64,000 nucleotides of DNA from Camelus ferus (taxonomy: Eukaryota). Below are positions 42,536 to 55,570 of the stretch, in pieces (the first letter of the stretch is position 1; every line of letters begins with the position of its first letter). The position numbers and the translations under genes were made by a program. The stretch covers positions 42,534,001 to 42,598,000 of the forward strand of contig NC_045697.1 in NCBI RefSeq assembly GCF_009834535.1. The letters run 5' to 3'. The notes under the pieces were generated by a model. It made no database searches, was not told the DNA's origin, and was given only the letters and a program-made list of their open reading frames with translations.

Positions 42536-42715
42536 ATGAACATGGTGAAGAGGATCATGGGGCGGCCGAGGCAGGAGGAGTGCAGCCCACAAGACAACGC
42601 CTTAGGACTGATGCACCTCCGCCGTCTCTTCACTGAGTTGTGCCATCCTCCCCGGCACATGACTCAGAAGGAACAAGAAGAGAAGCTGTACATGATGCTG
42701 CCAGTGTTTAACAGG
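42536..42715 (+). CDS. WDFY3: WDFY3/ALFY first coding exon, aa 1-60 (exon probably starts at 42505 with 31 nt of 5'UTR)
   Basis: Translates MNMVKRIMGRPRQEECSPQDNALGLMHLRRLFTELCHPPRHMTQKEQEEKLYMMLPVFNR, recognised as the WDFY3 N-terminus. Acceptor ctccctgcag|42505; donor AGG|gtgagt at 42716; 180 coding nt, phase 0. Confidence 0.96.
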
Positions 42716-43654
42716 GTGAGTCCAGGTCGCCAGGCACATGCCTTCTAGGATGGGGTGGTACTTCAGGAATCTTGAGATAGAAAAAAAACGATAGAATGAG
42801 TTAATTTTTAAGACGCTTGATGTTTTCATTCCTTCCTTTCAATTTGCTATAATGTGACGTGAGACCTGGTCAGAATGAACTCCCCTTACTTCTAACAGAT
42901 AAAAGGAAGATTATGAGTATTTTGTGAAATGTTCCCCTAATGGCTGATATTTGGTAGGAAGGTAGGTTGTAAATTACCACTTAGTTATTTCCATTATCTT
43001 TTGAAGTGATGGTTTATGACATCAAATGGTACAGTTGCCCAAGGGCTTTTTACACTTCGAAGAATCATTTTAGTTTGCTTTATTCTGTGGCAGGTTTTCT
43101 ATAGAGATTTAGTTATAGAGTTATAGGCTCTAGAGAGTCAAAATAGAGTTAACGTTTTATTGCCTTCTGTTGAGTTGATTACATGTAGCAGTCTTAGTGG
43201 GGATTTAAAAAATATTCTTTAAATTTTTTATCACAGATTTATATGCACATAGTTTTAAAAAGTCAAGTAGTTCCACAGGCTTATAGGTGCCCTGCTGCAC
43301 TCCACTGCTGATTGCAGTGCCGCGTTTGGGTCTTCCAGCTTCTACATAACGTACGTTAATATACCAAATAACTGCTGCTGCTTGATTGTTCAGTTCTAAT
43401 TGACTTCTTACTGAGGAATGTGAGAATTAGCTTTTTTACCTCCTCACCATGCATACATATATTCCTTCATACGTGCTGCCCTCCTCCTTACCTTTCCACA
43501 CAATTATACCATTTGTTGAAACAAGATTCAGTGTTTATACTCTGCTGACCCTGGTGTAAATATTATTCATAGATGAACTTTAAAGTAGATCACTATTATT
43601 TTTCCATCTTTATAGAACTTGTTTTCCCGAGACTTTATAAAATAACTATCTCAA

Positions 43655-43940
43655 TTTCTGCCTTTCTTCGTGTCTCCTTTTCTCTCTCGTCTTTTCCTCT
43701 CCCTTCCCCTGTCCTTCTCTGCCCTGCTCTGTCTCTGCCCTTCTTCTAGGTCTTGCTCCTTCCCTTCCTGTTTCTCTCTCTTTCTCCCCAACTCTGGTGC
43801 CCTTTCTCTCTCTCCTCCCCTCCCTGCCCCTTCCCTCCCCATGTCTCTCTCACTGTCTCTCTCCCTCCTTCCTCTTCCCTTATTTCTTCCTCTCCCATGT
43901 CCTTCTCTTTCCCCTGCATCTGTGACTCCTTGTCTCCCTG
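43655..43940. repeat. CT-rich polypyrimidine/polypurine low-complexity tract
   Basis: About 285 bp dominated by C and T on +; causes the overlapping ORFs at 43651-44168. Confidence 0.92.
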
Positions 43941-45329
43941 AAAAGTCTCACTTGGTCTCTTTATTGTTTGTTCTCTGGGTCTGCTAGTTTGTCTGAAAAT
44001 TTCTAGGTTCTTCTTTTTCTCATTATTTTGAAATTTTACTGAGGCTTCCTGATTAACGTTAATCTGCAAACTTGTTCTTTTCAATTCTGGGAAAATATTT
44101 TGAAATTCTTTTGGTGAATATTGTCCCCTTTGTGTTTTACATGTTCCCCTTTTCCGCAACTCTGTCAATCAGATACTAACTCTTCTGGGCTGACCTTCTG
44201 CTGTCATCTTTTTAATTTCCTTAAATTCTTTCTCTTTTCATTCTCTTAAAATTATATAGTGTCTCCCTATCTCAGAAAGTTTTAAAGCTTTGTCAGATTT
44301 TCTTATGCTTCTTTCATTGTTATTTGCTCCAAATTGCTGTTTTTCTTGGTTTACATTATTTTCTTTAATATTAGAGTAATATTCAGATGTCTGGTGATAA
44401 CTGTTTATACATTGATAAATATTTAAGAATGAGATGTTGAAACACTGATTGGAAATTATGTAGGGGTGAGACTTTTCCAATGGTAACATAATCTGGCTGG
44501 ATAAAATGCGGAGATCCTTCAACCTAGGATGTGTTGACATTTCAGGAGCAAGTATTTTCCAGTCTCCTGCCTGGAACATGTACATCAGCTAATGTTTTCT
44601 TAAAGAGAAGTTGAACAAGGCTAGTGTTTCATGTTCAGTAGACAGACATTCAATTAATCTCCAGTTTGTACCTGTCAGTGTTCTTGGTTGTGCTGCTGTT
44701 ACTGTTGTTCTTCTCTGGGGCTTAGACCTCCAGATGTCTGCTGCACGTGAGAGGGGCTTCAATTTCTGGGCTTTAAAATAAGAATAAGAATATCTACCTT
44801 CTGGAGTTGGTATGAGAACTAAGTAGATAATGTACTTAAAGCACTTAACAAATGTTTGTCCTCGAGAACTTTTGTCTGTTACTGTTATTGTTGGTACTGC
44901 ATTAAAAATAAAGACATTGCAGGAGAAAGCAAAGATTATAAACTGTTTATGCTGAAATACATTCAGGTTTTGTGTTACACCAAGCCAAAAGCTAATTTGA
45001 CACCAAAGAGCGGTAGGCCCTACGTATTCCATGCTTATTTGTTTGCTTGTCCCTTCATTTGTACTGTTGTTGTGAACTGCTGATTCATTTGATGAAATTT
45101 ATATCAGTTAGACATTGTGCCACTTTACTGAATATTGGAGTTTCTGAGAAAAGATACAGTCCAGTCTTGTGAATCTGAAGTACAATGAAGAAGAAAAACA
45201 TATAATTCTGTTGGAGAAGAGGTAGGTGCATAAACCGATAATGGAGTAACAAAGAAATGTAGTATCAGAGACATGAAGTTCAAGCATGAGTCAAGGTAAA
45301 AGGCCAAGCATTTTGATACGTGCTAGTGT

Positions 45330-46450
45330 CTATTAACGGTCCAAGAAGTTGGTTTTACGTCAAGGAGAGGCAAAAAGTAAGACTGTCAAGACTGACAGGA
45401 GGCACATCATGACAGGTTTTATGTCATATTAAGAGCTGTACTTTTTCCTGGAGGCGTGCAGAGCCAGTGAAGTATATTCTAAGCAATAAAATAAGAGAGG
45501 AGAAGGAGCCAAAGCAAGAATGTCTCCTCGGTTTCTAATTTGGGTGGATGTTTTTCCCAGCAGCTAAGAAAGAAGGTGTAGAGGATAGATTCTTTTTGGG
45601 GCACTATTTGTGAGCTTCCCAGGTGGAGATATTCAGTCATCAATTAGAAGCTCAGGTGAGGAGTTGTGGCTGGATATGTATTTTGGGGACTACCGCAGAG
45701 ATGTGGTAGTTGGAACCCTGGAAGGGGACGGGACAGGAGATGACTCATGGCTCACGCTCCACATGAGAAGAGCAGTAGCCAAGGATGAAGCCTGGAGAAT
45801 ATGACTAAGTAATGAAAGAGGGGAACACATAAAGATTACAGAACAGGAGCTGGTCAGTAGCAGTACAGAAAGAATCAGGAGAGGGTGATTATGGAACTCA
45901 AGAGACAGAAGTTGCAGGAAGGAGGAGAGCAGTCAGCACTGTCATGTACAATAGAGACCCGATAAGAAAAGGACTGAAAAGTGTGCATGAGGTTTGCCAG
46001 TTGGAAAGTCACTAGATGGTGGAGCCAGAAAGCAATGAATTGAGTTGTGGTTGGGAGACGAGATGAGACATTATGTACTCGGCTTGTAGAACCGTGGAAG
46101 ATGAGAGAACAAAAGAGATTGATGGAGGTGAATCTGGCAATAAGAACATTTGTATTTATGTTTCTAGTATTTTACTTTGTTTTTAAAAGTGGGGAAGATC
46201 CAGGCATGCTCATGAAGAGAAGGGAAGAAAGCAGCAGAAGGGGGAATTTGGAAATTTTTAAGAGAGTGAAATTGAGAGGAGAGCATGGGTTCAAATTACA
46301 GATGGATAGGTGAGCTTTGAACAAGAGAGAGACACAGCATCCTGCAGGAGAGCATGTTTTGTTGGGTGCGACACAGATTTATATGAAGGTAGTGGGACGT
46401 TGAGTGAGATCTTGCTTGATGACCTCAGTTTCCTGTAGTTATCAACAGCA
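45330..46450 (-). mobile_element. L2 LINE fragment
   Basis: agaagctcaggtgaggagttgtggctggatatgtattttgggg...gataagaaaaggactgaaaagtg. Confidence 0.6.
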
Positions 46451-47465
46451 GATGAGGTCTGTTAAAAGTCTGAGGAAGTAGGTTGAGTAGGGGACCTCAG
46501 GGCATTGTGATGGTTTGGAATATTACTGAAAAGGAATGAGAGAAAGAATCAAAAAGGGACAACAAAATAATTAAAAAGTATTGAGGACCCAATGAAGATA
46601 AGAGAAAGTAAATTTGTACTGGATCTTATCCATGCAGGTGTGTGAATTTTCTCTTGCAGGCACAAAGCAGAGTGTGTGTAGAAGTAGAGAAGGAAGACGG
46701 ATACATTATTTATTGGGATTTAAGTTTTGCTAGGCTGGTAAAGCAGAAGGGCAGGAGTAGAAGGATGGACATAGTAAGAGAGACTAGTTCACATACCACC
46801 CATGGGGTTGGATTGGGTAGAATAGGAGCAGAGGATGGAGATATCAGTGTATTTGGGGGGGGGGTGCTCATTTTTTAATGTATGAAATAAGAAGCTGAGA
46901 ATGATGGAGGAGGGAGATGATAGAGTAGGAGAATGAGGAGAGGTGGGGAAAGGTTTAAAATAGCTATTTTGACAATGGATGAGACAATTGATTACAGACA
47001 AACCATTTTTTCAAGCCCTGTTGAGGTGACAGTCATTAATTTTTTGGAAACAGTTTCAGGAAGTTTGGCTTTGTTTTTGTTTTACTTCAGTATCACAGTG
47101 TCCTATTGGCTACTGAGTAGTTTGGAGTAATTCCCTTCTCTCAGGCTCACAAACATTGACAAGGTGACGATAATGTTAACAATAGTTAGGGCGATTGTTA
47201 TTTTCAGCTGTTAACATAAATTAATAATATGTTGCATATGTGTCCCATCGCACGTCATCAGGCTTTCCCAGTCAGTTCAATGAATCAGTTCAAAGAATCA
47301 TGCAAATACTTGTTTGTTGATTTAAGTAGACTTGAGATGTTCTAGTGATTATTCTTTGTTACTTAGACTGTTTGACTTAGTTCTCTTGTGTTCTGTGTTG
47401 CCATTAAGTCTCTAACTATTCTTTCAAGTCAGAAGTTTTTAGTTGGCCCATTTTTAAAAGTACAT

Positions 47466-47868
47466 AAACAGTGGAATATTTCTCTCTTAGCCATAAAAAA
47501 GAATGAAATAATGCCATTTGCAGGAACATGGATGGACCTGGAGACTTATCATGTTAAGTGAAGTAAGGTCAGAGAAAGACAAATATCATATGATATCACT
47601 TCTATGTGGAATCTTAAAAAAATTACAAATGAACTTATTTAACAAACCAGAAATAGACTCACAATCATAGAAAACAAACTGTGGTTACCAAAGGGGAAAG
47701 GGGTGGGGAGGTGGAATAAATTAGGAATTTGGGATTGGCATATAGACACTACTATATATAAAAAAGATAAACAACAAGGACCTACTATAGAGCACAGGGA
47801 ACTATATTCAATATCTTGTAATAACCTGTAATGGAAAAGAATCTGAAAAGGAATATATATGTAAAAAA
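47466..47868 (+). mobile_element. 5'-truncated L1 3' region in sense orientation
   Basis: gccataaaaaagaatgaaataatgccatttgcagg...; A-tail; TSD aaaagtacat (47456-47465) / aaaagcacat (47869-47878) at a TT/AAAA site. Confidence 0.9.
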
Positions 47869-49783
47869 AAAAGCACATGTGTATACATTGCCGTAGACCT
47901 CACAATGAGTGATTTAAGTATCATAAAGATTCATTCATCTCTTAACTAATGAAAAGATAAAGTTATTTCTGTACCATTGTGACTAATTTTATAATATATA
48001 TAAATTCTGTTCATTGGCTTATTAACAAAGTAAAATTGTCCTTAGATAAGGCATCAAATCTATTAAATTTTTAAATAGATAACCATATTTATTTAATGTT
48101 AACAATTTATACATGAACATTCTCCGCTAGTAAGAAGTAACTTGGGTGAGTGAATAGCTCAGTATGGCTCCAGACTTCCTGCCATGATTGCCCAAAATGA
48201 ACTGTACCGTCAGTGTTTGAGAGTTTGCTTGATTCATACTAAATGGCAAATAAACCATATTACTGTTAGACATGGGCATCCATCTACAGAATCGTTTTTA
48301 AAGTGTGCTCAGCAGTGTTATTCCAGTGCGTGGTTTCTGCCTTTAAGAGACACAGGTTGAGAAATGACATGTGTTGAGTCCTTTTCTGAGCCAGGTCTCA
48401 TGCTGGGTTGTTCAGCTGCCTCCTGTGGTCTTCCTCACAGTCCTGCAACGACCCTGCTGGTACCTTCCTTCTCACTGATTCTCTCAAATGGAAAGATTAT
48501 GGTGGATTCTGAGAATAGCTTGATAACATTTAAACAGCATTCTTAAAAAAAATTAACCTTTAGTCCCAAGAACAAAAGCTTACAGAAGAAATACTTGCTT
48601 TAAACTTATTCAAAAAGGAATAACGTTTAGTCATCAAAAAATTAACTGCCGTTGTTAATTACCTTGGTATATGTTATCACACTTCATTGTGTATGTTAAA
48701 ATATAATCTTTACTAACTAGAGTTCTTTTAAAAACTCCTCTAATTTTTGAATTTATTTCTAATTAATGTTCAAGAAACATCTAAGTTGGACCTAGTGTCT
48801 CTTTTTTACTCCTTACAGGTAACCTTTATTTTTCAAATTGTTGGCTCTAAAAGAAGGATACTCAAATTTAGAACCAAATGAGAGAGAGATCAAGGGTCAG
48901 ACAGATGAACTATTTACATATATGCAGCTTATATTTACAGATATACAGCTTTGTTACTTATTACATGATACCAGTGCAGTTGATGTTGGAGGATTGAAGT
49001 TAAGTCTGTGCAACCAAGGACTTGCTAATTTCACCCCTGCAAGAGTTAAGTTTACTTACCCAGTCATTGGCAAAACTAGATAAGCCACACCCAGAGCAGA
49101 TGAGAGTGCATGTTCTCAGGAGGCAGGCATACCCTAGAAGGAGAGAGAAGGACTGAGATACACGTTCTCAGTGTACTCTCCCAGAAGTTGGTGGTCCTTC
49201 TTAGAAACAAGAAGAGCATAAGTGTTTACCTAATGATTTATATTAATTGATAAGAAATCTTAACTCACAGTATGAGATAATGAAAGTACAACTTCGTTCT
49301 CAATTTTTAAAATCTGTTACGTATATAGCACATTATTTAAACTAATTATTAAACTAATGATGGTCAGTACTCTCTAACTTAATTTTAGATATTATGTATA
49401 TTTAAGGGGAAAAGACACCATTTTAGAAAACTTTGTGAAAATTCCAGCCTCTCTGTTATTAATATTTAATAAAATTTTATTGAACAGCTTCATAAGGTAA
49501 TATATATATTGAGTCTCTGCTTTCTGCATGCTGTTAGGTAACACCATTCCTTTATTCTCCCTGAGTATACCAAAAATACTTAGTTGAAGAGCAGCTAGGA
49601 AATTTTCTGAAATTTATTTAGATGGATATTAAAAATGACCCTTCTAAAAACAAGTCAAACTATACTAATTACCTCTTAAGGTGAATACTGTACAAAGTTT
49701 TAGTGATAGGGTTCATGTGTAGTTTAATTGAGAAATACAGTACTGAGTGACAAAGAGCACAGCTTGGAATCAGACCTAATTTT

Positions 49784-50789
49784 TTTTTTTAAATTAAAAT
49801 ATAATCAATGTTGTGTTAGCTTTTGGTATGTAGCAAAGTGATTCAGATATATATGTATATATATATTCTTTTTCATATTCTTTCCATTATGGTTTATTTA
49901 CAGGATTTTTAAAAAATTGAAGTATTGTTGATCTACAATGTTGTGTTAGCTTCTGGTGTATAGCATAGTGATTCAGTTACACATTTATATTCTTTTTCAT
50001 ATTTTTGGTTATTGCAAGAAAATTGAATATAGTTTCCTGTGCTATACAGTAGGACCTTGTTGTTTAGCTGTTTTATATATAGCAGTCCACATCTACAAGT
50101 CCCAGACTCCTAGTTCCTCTTTGGTAACCATAAGTTTGTTTTCTATGTGTGTGAATCTATCTCTGTTTTGTAAATAAGTTCATTTGTGTGATTTTTTTTA
50201 GATTCCACATGTAAGTGATATCATATGGAATTTGTCGTTCTCTGTCTGACTTACTTCACTTAGTATGATCATCTCTAGGTCCATCCATGTTCCTGCAAAT
50301 GGCATTATTTCATTATTTTTATGGCTGAGTAGTATTCCACTGTGTGTGTGTGTGTGTGTGTACCACAGCTTCTTTTTCTAGTCATCTGTCAGTGGACATT
50401 TAGGTTGCTTCCATGTCTTGGCTGTTGTAACTAGTGCTCCTGTGAACACTGGGCTATCTTTTTTAATTAAAGTTTTCTCCAGATATTTGCACAGGAGTGG
50501 GATTGTTGAATCATATGGCAACTTTAGTTTTTTAAGGAATCGCCATACTATTTTCCATAATGGTGCACCAAATTACCTTTCCACTAACATGTAGGGGTGT
50601 TCCCTTTTCTCCACACCCTCTCCAGCATTTACTTTTTGTGGACTTTTTAACGATGGCCACTCTGACCAGTGTGTGATGATAACTCATTGTAGTTTTGATT
50701 TGCATTTTTCTCATAGTGGTACTGAGCATTTTCTCATGTGCCTATTGACCATTTGTGTGTCTTCATTGGAGAAATGTCTGTTTAGGAGA
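49784..50789 (-). mobile_element. 5'-truncated L1 with doubled 3' end, inserted in a MIR
   Basis: ORF 50532..50729 ([36 protein letters not shown]) matches the L1 ORF2p C-terminus; perfect 13-bp TSD cagacctaatttt (49771-49783 / 50790-50802). Confidence 0.92.
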
Positions 50790-51289
50790 CAGACCTAATT
50801 TTGAATTCTCTCTCCACCACCTCTTATTGTTTACCTTCTCTAACTCTTAATTTCCTTGTCTCTAAAATGGGGATACTGTATAGGATTTAATGAAATTTGA
50901 ATGACATTACATGTCAAGTATTTGTCGGTGCTCATTATGTGATAATGATTGTTGTGCGTTTTTTCCTCGGTACTATTTTTTCATCTGGGTTATGAATGTC
51001 ACATGTCTATTATAGACTCAACCCTCTGAGTTGAATGTATTACCACTTCTCTTGCTCAGCTCTCTCCTTTGACACATGAGGGAACTAAGAACCAGAAAAT
51101 TTTGATCAGTAGTCAGTCCCTGAGGGTGAGAAGGAGAATCCAAGCCTCCTGGCTCCCAGCTTCATGCTCCAGCCTCTGTGGAGCACATTTAAATGTGTGA
51201 TTGAAGCATTGTCTGTTTCCTACTGTTTGTGGAGGGTAGTGAATACATACCTGATATTTTAAAATTTAGTTGTTAAAGTCCATTACAAA

Positions 51290-51850
51290 AAATCTAGTCT
51301 TTTCTTTGCTGCCTTATATATTCGGTGTTATCTAAAATGTCAGGTTCATGCTTTAGCCCTTGTACTTCTCCAGCTTCATCTTGTACCGTTTCACCTCTCA
51401 TTTGAAACACTCCGGCTTCACCCAGTTTTGACTCCTCAGCCGTCCAGCCTCTTGCCCATGCTGAGATCTTAGTACAGATCTCACTGCCTGGCACCGTCTT
51501 TCCTTATTGTGACCTTTTTTCTTTATTCAGAATGATCCTTCAGCATCAGTGTTGTCTCAGAGAAACCTTTTCTGACAGTCTTTTCCCACTTCAGGCATTC
51601 CCTTTCAGTTACCGTGTTTATTTCCTTTGTAATGTGTCACTATCCAACATAATTTTCATTTTTTAATTAACTTAACATTTGCCTCCTGTACTAAAATGTA
51701 AACTCCATGAGCACTGGAATCATATTTGCTTTATTTGCCTTTGTATTCACAATTCTTTATTTACCTTTGTGTTCATGACTTCAAATATATACGCCTGGAG
51801 TCATTTATAGGAGACCAGTAAATATTTATGAGTGAATAAATGAAAGAATC
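51290..51850 (+). mobile_element. L2 LINE 3' fragment
   Basis: aatgtaaactccatgag...agtaaatatttatgagtgaataaatgaa. Confidence 0.7.
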
Positions 51851-53921
51851 AGCATTGTTGGATCACTGAAGATTATTTATGTCAAAGAAGCAATAGTTGT
51901 TGATTTCAGATTAGCAAATCAGACATAACATTAACTTTGGATTGGTCAATTCAAGCAGGACTTCCCTTTTGAAAAAATTTCCCTATGGCAATAAACCCGT
52001 ATACATCAGGATTTGCCTGAAAAGTTAGCTGCATTTTTAGCAGTGTATTATTCACCCAGCATGAAAACTGCTTGAATAAACCATATGCTATACTATCTAA
52101 GAAATGAGCAGCCTGTCTTATGAAGTTGTCATACTCTAAGGAATAAATAGTGCTTAATAATTCTTAGGAGCAAATTATATATCAATATAGTCTGAATAAT
52201 AGGAATATTTATCTACTTTAAATCTAAATCAATTTGATAAAAGACTTAATAATTGAGCAAAATATGTAGTTGTTTTATAAACACCTTCATTAGGCAGTCA
52301 CATACTGAGTGGACGAGGAATAGCTATTCAAGCATGTCACTGTTAGACTTCTCAATTTCTGATCCGTCTTCAGTTTGTTTGTTAGATAATATGGGTCTTA
52401 TTTAACAGGCAACACAGGTTAACTGTAAGCACATAACATTTATCAAAGTCTCAGCAGAAAAAATGATTTATTAAGGAGTTCCTGAAAAGAACAGTTCATT
52501 TGTTCTTGAGATAAATTATTCCTGTGTCAAGTTAATGAATAGACTTATCTACATGGAAAAAAGTATACACTGAAGAACTGATTTATTGTGTTTGGTAGTT
52601 TAAGCTCAGTTTGAGGGTGGTTGTAAGAAACACAGTATTTAAGTATGTTAGAAACATTTCTTTTACAAGGATATTATATTATAAATTATCCTTTTATTAG
52701 GCTTTTTGGAAAAAATTGTATATTATAGTTTGAAGAAAGAGATACTTTTTAAATTATGTTTTTCTTACCTCAGAACATTATGAACCATGTAATTGACTAG
52801 ATCTTCTCTCGTGTATATATAAGCCAAAATTCATGACTAAAATGTGGTAATATAGAGCTCTTTTCCCAGTCCATCTCCCTAACCTTAGTGTTTTTATTTG
52901 CTTGATTTTGTTTTCTTTCTTACTTTTAGTTTATATTCTATGTTATAATTTATGCTATCTAAACATTTTATAGAATTTGGTTTTGGGGGCAGGCAGTATA
53001 AACGAACAACCATATTTAGGGAACATCCCCATAAAAGACAGGTTGCAAGTTTGGCAAGGAATACCATGGTGAGTAAGATATGTTTCCTACCTTTGTAGTA
53101 ACATTTGAACAGACAATAAGAATACAAAATATTATTTAATTAGTGTTATGGTCAAGAACTCTCATAATAATTTTAGGAGACACAGAATTTCCTTTTAGCT
53201 ATAAGGAACATTTAAAAAAATATTCCAGGATACTCTCAGTTATATATCTGTTATAATACCATTTCTTTTCCTATGATAGTCTGTCCAGGTTTTATTTTCT
53301 TATTCTCTTTGCTGAACCCATACCAGCATATCTTCAAGAATAATTTATTCTAAAATTCATTTGTCTTGGATTTTTGTAAACACAAGTGTATTTCGTGATC
53401 CACTCATTCATTTTCTTTATTCTAGTATTTTTTCTAACAGTCTTATTTGGGAATTACTGTGGTTAGCATTCAGAAATTCTGAGATATAAAATGAGTTTAG
53501 TGAATTCTGTATTCATCCTAGGACTTAGCAATAGATAAGTCCCTGCTTTTTGCCATCTGATGAAGCTTTTCACCATCAAGGAAACCACTTTTCTCTAAAT
53601 TCTTAATTTAGATTTCTTCAGAGAAACATCCTATTTCTAAAATTTACTGGTAAGATTGATTTAAATTTTACAGATAACTAGTTTTTGGCTTTTAGATTTT
53701 ATTTAAGTATTCATTCAACAGATTGTTTTATGTGTTTAAGGACATGTGGCTGGATGTGGTTTGTTGAAAGACTTGTGTTTTAAATACATCATTCAGATCT
53801 GGAGCAGCTGTGCAAGCATACTTGTTTTTTACTTGATTTTCAGTCAAACCACACTTTGAAAAGCACAAATAAAAGAAAAAAGCTGACAGTGCTTTTATTA
53901 ATTTTTTTTTCTCATCCACAG

Positions 53922-54045
53922 GTTTTTGGAAATGCTCCGCCAAATACAATGACAGAAAAATTTTCTGATCTTCTGCAGTTCACAACACAAGTCTCACGAC
54001 TGATGGTGACAGAAATTCGAAGGAGAGCATCAAACAAATCCACAG
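53922..54045 (+). CDS. WDFY3: WDFY3 second coding exon, aa 61-101 plus 1 nt
   Basis: T-rich tract and catccacag|53922; translates VFGNAPPNTMTEKFSDLLQFTTQVSRLMVTEIRRRASNKST in frame with the previous exon; donor CAG|gtattt at 54046; 124 nt. Intron 42716-53921 is GT-AG, 11206 bp. I did not find the next coding exon in the window. Confidence 0.95.
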
Positions 54046-55442
54046 GTATTTTTTACAGAAACCAGTAAGAACTGATTTATTTGAATGGACAGTTCAGTAA
54101 AAGTACTGTTGAAATTAAACAGAAAATTGACCGGATTCTAAGCAGGTGGATTTCAGTACAAGGCCCCATTCCCATTCTTATGGTCACAGCCTTCTGTTAG
54201 TCTCAACACCTACTCTCGAATATTTCTACACAGAGCTGCTTTCCTTGGACCACTACCACCCCCACCCAACCCTTTTAACAAGGCTCTGTTTCCTTCTGAA
54301 CAAAGTCCAAATTCCTAGCATGACATTCAAGGCAAACCCAGGGTCTGGAGAGATGTATATGTGTATGTATTTTGTGTGTGTGCATCTACCCTTTTTGGTT
54401 TCCTGTTTCTTTTTTGTGTATTTCAAGCAAACTGTGTAGCTTGCGCTCCGAAACATGTCGATGCCTCCTTCTGTCCTTTGCTTGTGATGCTTCACCCAAG
54501 GAGGAGAATCTCACCCCATCTTAATATATCTAAATCTTCTCAGCTTGAATTAAGTCATACTTCCTAGACAGAATGTTTCTTGATTCCCTTAATCAAGGAA
54601 AAAATTTTCTCTTCTTAACTACTCAGCTTCACGAGTGGTATTTGTGTATGTTTCTCTATCTTCCAATTAGACCATGAACTATTTAGGAGTCTTTATGTAA
54701 GTACAGTCGTTACCACAGTGCTTTACATAGTAGGCCTTTCATAAATGCTGCCTGAATATTTTTTCTCATAATTAGATAATTTTGAACTTCATAGAGTAGC
54801 ATCCCTTTTAATCAAGATTAAAATAAGCTTTTTGGATTGTAATTACCATTAGTCATTTTCTAAATTAGCAACATGTATGAGTGATTTTTATCTTAATTTG
54901 TAACTTGCTGTTTTGGTTTTGTAATGGTTGAGTGATAGCTTTCTTACTGAAACATTTGAGAAATCAATAATTTAAATTTTGTTTCTATTATCTTTTTCAA
55001 AAATCACTTATCTTTTCCACAGATCAAATTATTATTTTTCTAATAATAACAGTAATGCCTTGTTATGTAATCTTATTTAATCTTACTTTTTTATTTTTTA
55101 TTTTCAGTTTTAAAAGTATATGGGCAGATGGTTTTATGGTCAAATAGTTAAAAGGCTTATTATTAAAAACAGCATCTCCTTTTCACTATCCTGCTTCATC
55201 CCTAGTTTCTACTCCTGAGATGCACTTTTTAACCTCTCTTAACCTGTTTTTGGTGTGTATCTCTATGTCACATGCTTACAGTGTGTGCTCTTGATTTTTC
55301 ATACTTAGACACTATCTTCTGACTTCCCACAGGAGAAAATGAGACTTTTACTCTTAAGCTAACCATTGCTACCCCACAGATGCACACTTCTTACCCCCAT
55401 ATCATCCTCTCATAGTTTGACTAGATTAGTAATCATTATTTT

Positions 55443-55570
55443 TAAAATTTATTTTGGGGAGGCAGGTAGTTAGGTTGATGTATTTATTTTTGGAGGAGGT
55501 ACTGGGGATTGAACCCAGGACCTCATGCATACTAAGCATGTGCTCTAAGCACTTGAGCTATTCCTCCCCC
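55443..55570 (-). mobile_element. Camelid tRNA-derived SINE (Vic-1 type)
   Basis: gaggtactggggattgaacccaggacctcatgcatactaagcatgtgctct...gagctattcctcccc; probable TSD tcattatttt (55433-55442) / tcattatatt (55571-55580). Confidence 0.9.

Noticed and set aside
42536..42748. 70-aa ORF as a stand-alone gene
   Set aside because: WDFY3 exon read through a consensus donor at 42716; the last 10 residues are intronic.
43651..44168. Four overlapping ORFs on both strands
   Set aside because: Artefact of a low-complexity tract poor in stop codons.
44238..45032. 115-aa and 147-aa minus-strand ORFs
   Set aside because: No recognisable domain or gene structure; AT-rich, partly old repeat sequence.
53856..54068. 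70-aa ORF as a stand-alone gene
   Set aside because: WDFY3 exon 53922-54045 with intronic flanks.
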